DNA of 64,000 nucleotides, from the NCBI RefSeq assembly GCF_009914755.1, contig NC_060931.1; one strand, 5' to 3'. Below the pieces are notes generated by a model. That model did not search any database and was not told the origin of the DNA. It worked only from the letters and a program-made list of their open reading frames with translations. A program made the position numbers and the translations under genes. Origin of the DNA: the human T2T-CHM13v2.0 reference genome, Homo sapiens. This document shows positions 58,269 through 64,000 of the stretch, in pieces (the first letter of the stretch is position 1; every line of letters begins with the position of its first letter).

Positions 58269-59039
58269 TGGACCACTTCAATTTTACTACTGAAGCAGAA
58301 ACTGACAGTCAAATTTTATCACCAACAATAGCACCTTTTTTGCTAAAGGATAAAAATCAAAAAACATGACTTGCTCCTTGAGAGTCTAAGATAAAACTGG
58401 TCCAGCTTGTATTCTGTGATGCTTTTACCTTTTACAGTCACTCATGACTGGTAAGGTAGGCATCTCCTTGCCTGCTCTAGAAGTAGATACCTTAAAGAAC
58501 AACTAAACTAAAGCTCTTCAGGAATCTATGGTCCTTCTTTCTTCCCATTCTTCCTCCCTTCCCCTCTCTTCCTTCTTCTCCCTTTTCCTACCTTGCTCCC
58601 TCTCTTCCTTTTTTCCTTTCTCCCCCTTTCTCCTCCCTCCCTCCCTTCCTTCTAAAATCTTTATATAGTGTTTTAAAACTCCTAGGATTTATTCCTGGGC
58701 TTCAGTATATCCACTTTTTTCTTATTTAAACATAATTCAACGCATGTTTCCTGAATGCTTATTATGCTGCAGGGTTGGTTGTGTGGTAGTGAACAGGGCA
58801 GTGGATGATGGTTCAGAAGAGCAACACTTAAAAATCAGACCTTGGTTGAACCCACTTGTTAGCTCCCATTTATTGGGAAAGTTCTTTCTGAGCTCAGTTC
58901 TCATGCATAAAAATGAATATAACAGAAGTGGTTAAAATAGCCTTAAATGCTAAAATACATAGTTATCATAACAATTAATAATTACTATTATTTTTAAGCT
59001 GGGAGGAGGGGATTCAAAGATGATTAGAACAGTCTAGTG

Positions 59040-59256
59040 CAGCAGTTCCTAATTAGGGATGACCCCCCACTCCACCCTCAGGAGCATTTGGCAATGTCTG
59101 GAGATATTTTTGGTTGTCACAGTAGGGGAGCGATCCTACTGGCCTCTGGTGGTTAGAGGCTTCCGATGCTGCTAAGCATCCTACGATACACCAGGAAGTC
59201 CCCACAACAAAGAATGACACAGTCCCAAATGTCCATACAACCACTGTTAACCCTGG
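59040..59256. mobile_element. MER20 DNA transposon
   Basis: catttggcaatgtctggagatatttttggttgtcac...gatgctgctaagcatcctac. Confidence 0.8.
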
Positions 59257-59485
59257 TTTAGTGAAGAAAAACCATTAAAATATGTTCCATATTTTCTATA
59301 ACAAAGAAGTCACCTCGTATTTGGTGAGGGGGACCCGTCAAGTTGTCCGCTTGATATTCATGCTCTTTTTTGTGTCATAGTGATTGGGACAATGCGCCTA
59401 ATGGAGAAATGACATTTCCCAGTCTCACCTGCAGAGTGGAGTGATCACTTACATGAAAGAGGAAGTAGTCAGATGGTGCTCTTTA

Positions 59486-59660
59486 TTTATTTTATTTTAA
59501 ATTCTGGGATACATGCGCAGAACATGCATGTTTGTTAGGTAGGTATACATATGCCATGGTGGTTTGCTGCACCCATTAACCCGTCATCTAGGTTTTAAGC
59601 CCCGCATGCATTAGGTATTTGTCCTAATGCTGTCCTTCCCCTTGCTTTCCACCCCACTGG
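59486..59660 (-). mobile_element. Very short L1PA7/8-like 3' end with TSD
   Basis: TSD gatggtgctcttta at 59472 and 59661. Confidence 0.88.
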
Positions 59661-59680
59661 ATGGTGCTCTTTAAATAGGC

Positions 59681-59711
<31 letters not shown>

Positions 59712-62152
59712 GGAGTCTTTACCTGGCCCCTTTGTTTCTACTGCCTGGAAAGGGATGTGCCGGCGTGGTGGAGTCATGTACTTAGGCCGGTGCAGCAGCA
59801 GGATGGGAGGGTTTGGATCTTGGATGAGGGTGTGGAATTCCCATGGCAGCCCAGAACTGCTTCCTTCCCAATCATTTTGTGTGAGGAGAAAAAAAGTTTC
59901 TCTTGGTTAAAACAGTATTATTTAGGTTTTTATTATATGCAGCTACATCCAAATTTGACCTGTGTTTCAAAGGATTTTGATCGGTAGAAAAGAGGCCTTT
60001 GAGCTGAAGGAATTAGCAGGAATGAAGGCATGGAAATGTGAAAGTGCATGTTTTCAGGAAATAACTTGTGGATTGGTGTGTTAATTAAGTAATAAGAAAA
60101 CTCTGGTCACAGAGCCTCACATAAAGTCCCCAAGAAGATCTTCAAGGGAAAAAAAAGAATAAACACACGGAGGGCAACACACTCACCTTCCTTGTCCATT
60201 TCATTTTGTCGGTCACAGTTAGGTGAACACTGACCTTTCATTTTTCTCACTGAGAAATTTGTCCCAGAGTCAATACATTTTTTTTCCTTTGTGTATTTCT
60301 CAAGGTCGTTGTCATAGTATGATGTATGAAATGCAGACCTGGGAGCACGTGAAAGCCGCCTTCCATGAAAACCCTTGCTGTGTGGGGTGTGTTCCATCCC
60401 GCGTCCCCCTGAAGCCCCACACTCTGCTCTCTTCACAGGCCAGCTGAAGCTTGGGTTAGGACCAGTCCAGATGGAATTTCCTTGGGAAAGGGAAGTGTTG
60501 GAAGAGAAGAGAAAAGTGGAATGGATACTGGGAAGGAAGTACCTGGAAAAGCACATTAAGGAGAAGAACACAATTACCACCTCACTTCTATTTTATGCCA
60601 CTGTCAATGCCAGTATTTGGAGGAAGTTCAAGCTAAATTACTGAAATGATTTTGATTGTTCCGGCATTATGTTCTCAACCCCTAAATGGCCAATCAGATA
60701 ACTGTATTCATCTGTAAGTTGGATTAGATATTAACTTAAAATAATTCTAGCCATAATCTTTTATTATAGTGATTCTTAAACTTTATGGATTACAAACCGC
60801 TTTGAGAATCTCCACAAGCATTATGAACTCTCTCTCCACAAAAATGTATATATACGCTTATTGATTCAGAGAAAACATCATTTTAGCAGCCGTGAGCACT
60901 CCTCTTAAGGAGAGATTCATCTTTGTTGCAAAGGATGTGAAAAGTGAAGCTTTAACCAAAACCACCAAAACTGATAGACATATAATTCCAAAGTCAGATC
61001 ACTATTTGCAGACTTTCTGAAGGATGTGGTTGGAAACTGGTTCCACCAATCCTCATTTCCTTCACTCACTTGGAGACAATAAAAGGATAAGATTTGGGTT
61101 CAGGAGAGATTCCTTTGGAGAGAGTTGTTACCTCGCTGTGAGCTGAAACCTGTGTCCATGCCCAGGGGTCTGGAATTACTGTGTCCTCACCCTTCATCAG
61201 GGAGGGGCTTCCACATGATGAGGAAATGTATTCTATGAGGTTGAGAAAAACAAAAGCCAAAAAGGCTGAAGAGCCTGGGGGCAGCAGGACAGAGGAGCCA
61301 TTTGGGATCACAGCCAGGTGTGGAGGGTGAGCTGCGCACAACCAGACACAGGCTGCAGCAGACAGAGAGTTACTGGAGATATTTCAAGTCCTACTCAAGA
61401 GGACCCCAGAAGAGAAATAGGCATGTATGGAGTGGATGCCCATGCCCCAGGGCTGAGGGCTGAGGCCACTGTGGGGCCCGGAAGATTTCACAGGATGACA
61501 GAATGGCAGGGAGAGGGTCCGGTAATGGTCGGCAGTGCCATCCCCTCATTCCTGAGAGTGAGTCCATCCAGGTGAGAACTGTCCCATCCCCTCTCCTCTC
61601 ATCCCAAATTCTCTTAACTCCCAGTGGAGTCCAAAAAGGCAGCCAGGGAGAGAAGCGGCAGATGAGGGTGGAAGAGAGAACGGAAGCCAACCACAGTCCT
61701 GTCTCCAGACTCAGGCCTCAGCATGGGAAGGGTGCAGAATGAATGTATGAACAGCTGAATGCAGGCTGAAAGGTTGATGACAATGGAATTGAGACTGTGT
61801 TTTTGACTCAGAGAGGCCAAAGGCTTAACATTACTTAAGAGAGAGGTGAAGTTCATGGCATCTGGCCAAGTTTCCGTTGAGGGTCAGAGGAAGATTTCTG
61901 CACACCCTCTTCCCCATCCCTTATATTAGAAAGGGGCAGTGGGACACAAAAATAAATTTGCATTTTGAGCACACTTCATGAGTCACGCAGTTGTATTTTA
62001 TACCCACTGTAGGATGAAAGCAGACCTCCCAGGCCTGCATGAAGCTGGCTTTTGGGTCTGATGTAGAAAATGGAAGCTGCTCTGATTAATAAACATGGGT
62101 GGCGGGGAATGGGATGTTGTGGGATCCAGCAGGGCTGATTCTGGGGGAAGCA

Positions 62153-62302
62153 AGACAGGCTGCATGATATGCAGGGTCCAGTGCAAAATATAAACGTGGG
62201 GCCCCTTGAAATACTTAACAAATTCAAGACAGTGACAGCAGAGCACTGAGCCAAGTGTGGGGCTTTGTGTGACTGCAGGGATTGCACACCCATGAAGCCA
62301 CT
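62153..62302 (-). mobile_element. MER45A-like DNA transposon
   Basis: cagggtccagtgcaaaat...ggggcccc...gcacacccatgaagcc. Confidence 0.65.
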
Positions 62303-63340
62303 CTGGAGTGAGTAACAGAGGTCAGAGAGGAGGGGAGCTTGCCAGGGGTCCAGTTAATGAGAGAGCCGGAAGAGGCCTGATGGAGACTTTCCCAGTGAAA
62401 TGCTGCACCATGTGATCCTGCAAATTCTCTGCAAAATCGCAAGCTCCACATTGAGTTACGTGAATGGGGTTCTTATGGAAGCTGGTGAAGAAGCCGGTGT
62501 GGTGTCACAACAGAATAAGCCAAGCAGATGAGGGGACAGCCAACACTTTGCTATTCAGCTAACATTTCTCATAAATTAGGGGCTTAGGTAAAGAATCCAT
62601 TTCTATGACAAGAAATTTCCCTGTGTCACATAATCTCGCGGGACCAGGTGATCTTTTATTTATTAGTGTAGCAGGACGTTGCAGGATACTCTCTCTGTCA
62701 CTCAGAATTGGCAACTGGGGACCACATCTGGAGGTGTACAGAGAGGCTAAATACTTTAGCAGAGATGCTAAGCAAAGAGAACCATGGATGGCAAGAGCCA
62801 GACACCTGCTTGTGGTTTGCTAAGACCCGGCAGAGCCACAGCAGCCCTCCCTGTCTTGGCTGTGCCCTTCCAACATGTGCAGTTATGAGGGTTTGCCTTG
62901 GAGGGGGTCTGCTGCAGCTGCTGCTCCCCCAGGAAGCCAAGTAAGAGGCATTCCTAGAAAACCACTTCTAGAGTATGGGGTTTTGACAGGCGCCCTGCAT
63001 GCTACTTTTGACTGGCTGCTTGCTTAGGCAGTAGACTTATGACCTGCCTGCCCCCTCCCAAACAGGGGCAGAGGGGTGGAGACGACGGCGGGCAGTGGAG
63101 GGGCAGCCTGCAGTCCGCCCTTGGTCTGGCTGGGGGGATGTCTGCATTTTCTATGCTCCAAGCGGTCGCTGGGAGGGTAGCTGGCTTGAGCCTTTCTGTC
63201 TGGCAATAAAAACTATGGGGAGAACAGATGAGACGGGGGTAGTTGGAAGAGATCAAGTAGCATCCAGAGCCCCCAGGTAGGTGACCTGTGTGAAGGCCCC
63301 TGCGAGTCTTCCCGAAGAACGCTCCTGTAGAAGCAGCAAC

Positions 63341-63392
63341 TTTATATAGAGAGGAGGAGACCGCTTCTCTTGACCACCCCCACCATCCCAAT
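63341..63392 (-). promoter_or_regulatory. Candidate TATA + CCAAT core promoter directed leftwards
   Basis: The minus strand has TATATAAA at 63348-63341. CCAAT is at 63388-63392 and CCACCCC at about 63374. The region 63.0-63.4 kb is locally GC/CpG-enriched. Confidence 0.4.
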
Positions 63393-64000
63393 TCCTCCCT
63401 TGCCCTGGAGAAGATAGGAGGGGAGATTGTTTTTCAGAGCCTACCATGTTCCCTCCCAGCACCCTACCTCTGAGGTGAGAAAGGGGAGGAAGACAGAAAG
63501 AGCAGACCTGCCCCTTTCCCACTTTAGGCCCTTCCACCAGCCCAGCCAGCCATGGAGGTGGGTGGGGACACTTTATTTTTGGATATGAGGTTGGAGTCTT
63601 CAACTGGACTTGACGAAGTTTTTTAATACCAGGAAGTGACCGAGGGAGTTATGCAGTATGTCCAGGGTAGCATTAAGGGACCTTTAATCAGCAGGGGCGG
63701 GAGATTCACCACAGCCCAGCGCGGGGCACACTGGGAGAAAAATAAAACCATTTCCTGTGTGCACCCAGTGGAGTTGAGACTGTTCAATAAACTAGCTATA
63801 TCTGATGAAGGACTTCATATCCTTAGGGTTAAAGGAAAGTCACTGCATTGTGTTGTGGTGTACTGAATTTATAAATTCTTAGTTGAGGAATAGCCAGATC
63901 TTTTTGCAAATCAAAAACTTGAAATGTTAAATGAGGAGGAAAGAAACTCACTAGAGGCAAATTTCTGGATGTAGATAGAGGAGACACTAAAAGAGGTAAC

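Larger units (their letters stand above)
57801..61232 (-). other. Candidate three-exon coding-like chain (61232-61070, 60338-60187, 57885-57801) of an unidentified gene or unitary pseudogene
   Basis: All three segments have AG/GT boundaries (donors GTGAGT, GTGAGT, GTGAGC), chained phases 1-2, 2-1, 1-2, and give 400 nt spliced with no stop codon. Confidence 0.45.

Noticed and set aside
62390-62480. Minus-strand CGACDFAENLQDHMVQH resembling a C2H2 finger
   Set aside because: Spacing is C-x2-C-x8-H rather than x12, it is a single unit, and there is no convincing donor.

Overview
Human genomic DNA, rich in Alu, L1 and ERV repeats. The left third holds the 5' part of SPMIP4 (C7orf31) on the minus strand: three coding exons (18578-18445, 7735-7559, 503-432) that splice in frame, and a CpG-island promoter at about 19.0-20.05 kb. 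From memory this locus is on 7p15 between CYCS and NPVF; I cannot check that here. The rest is nominally intergenic: ERV1/MaLR LTRs, an ERV1 internal segment, old L1s, about 25 Alus, a processed RPL7A pseudogene truncated by an AluY, and a 0.9 kb AT-rich minisatellite. Beyond that routine content, the best leads are: (1) a chain of phase-compatible, stop-free exon-like segments on the minus strand (61232-61070, 60338-60187, 57885-57801; possibly 55666-55462 and 37099-36801) downstream of a TATA/CCAAT element at about 63.35 kb, a candidate unannotated or decayed gene; (2) a divergent plus-strand unit from the CpG island with a strong-context ATG and a run of exon-like segments; (3) a diverged inverted repeat with 127/147 bp arms in an SPMIP4 intron; (4) a 118 bp micro-inversion that breaks an LTR; (5) an LTR with an APOBEC3-like hypermutation footprint; (6) a minisatellite whose unit is the reverse complement of its own flank. 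Repeat subfamily names are from recall of consensus sequences and are approximate. Almost all ORFs in the supplied track are repeat-derived or chance.
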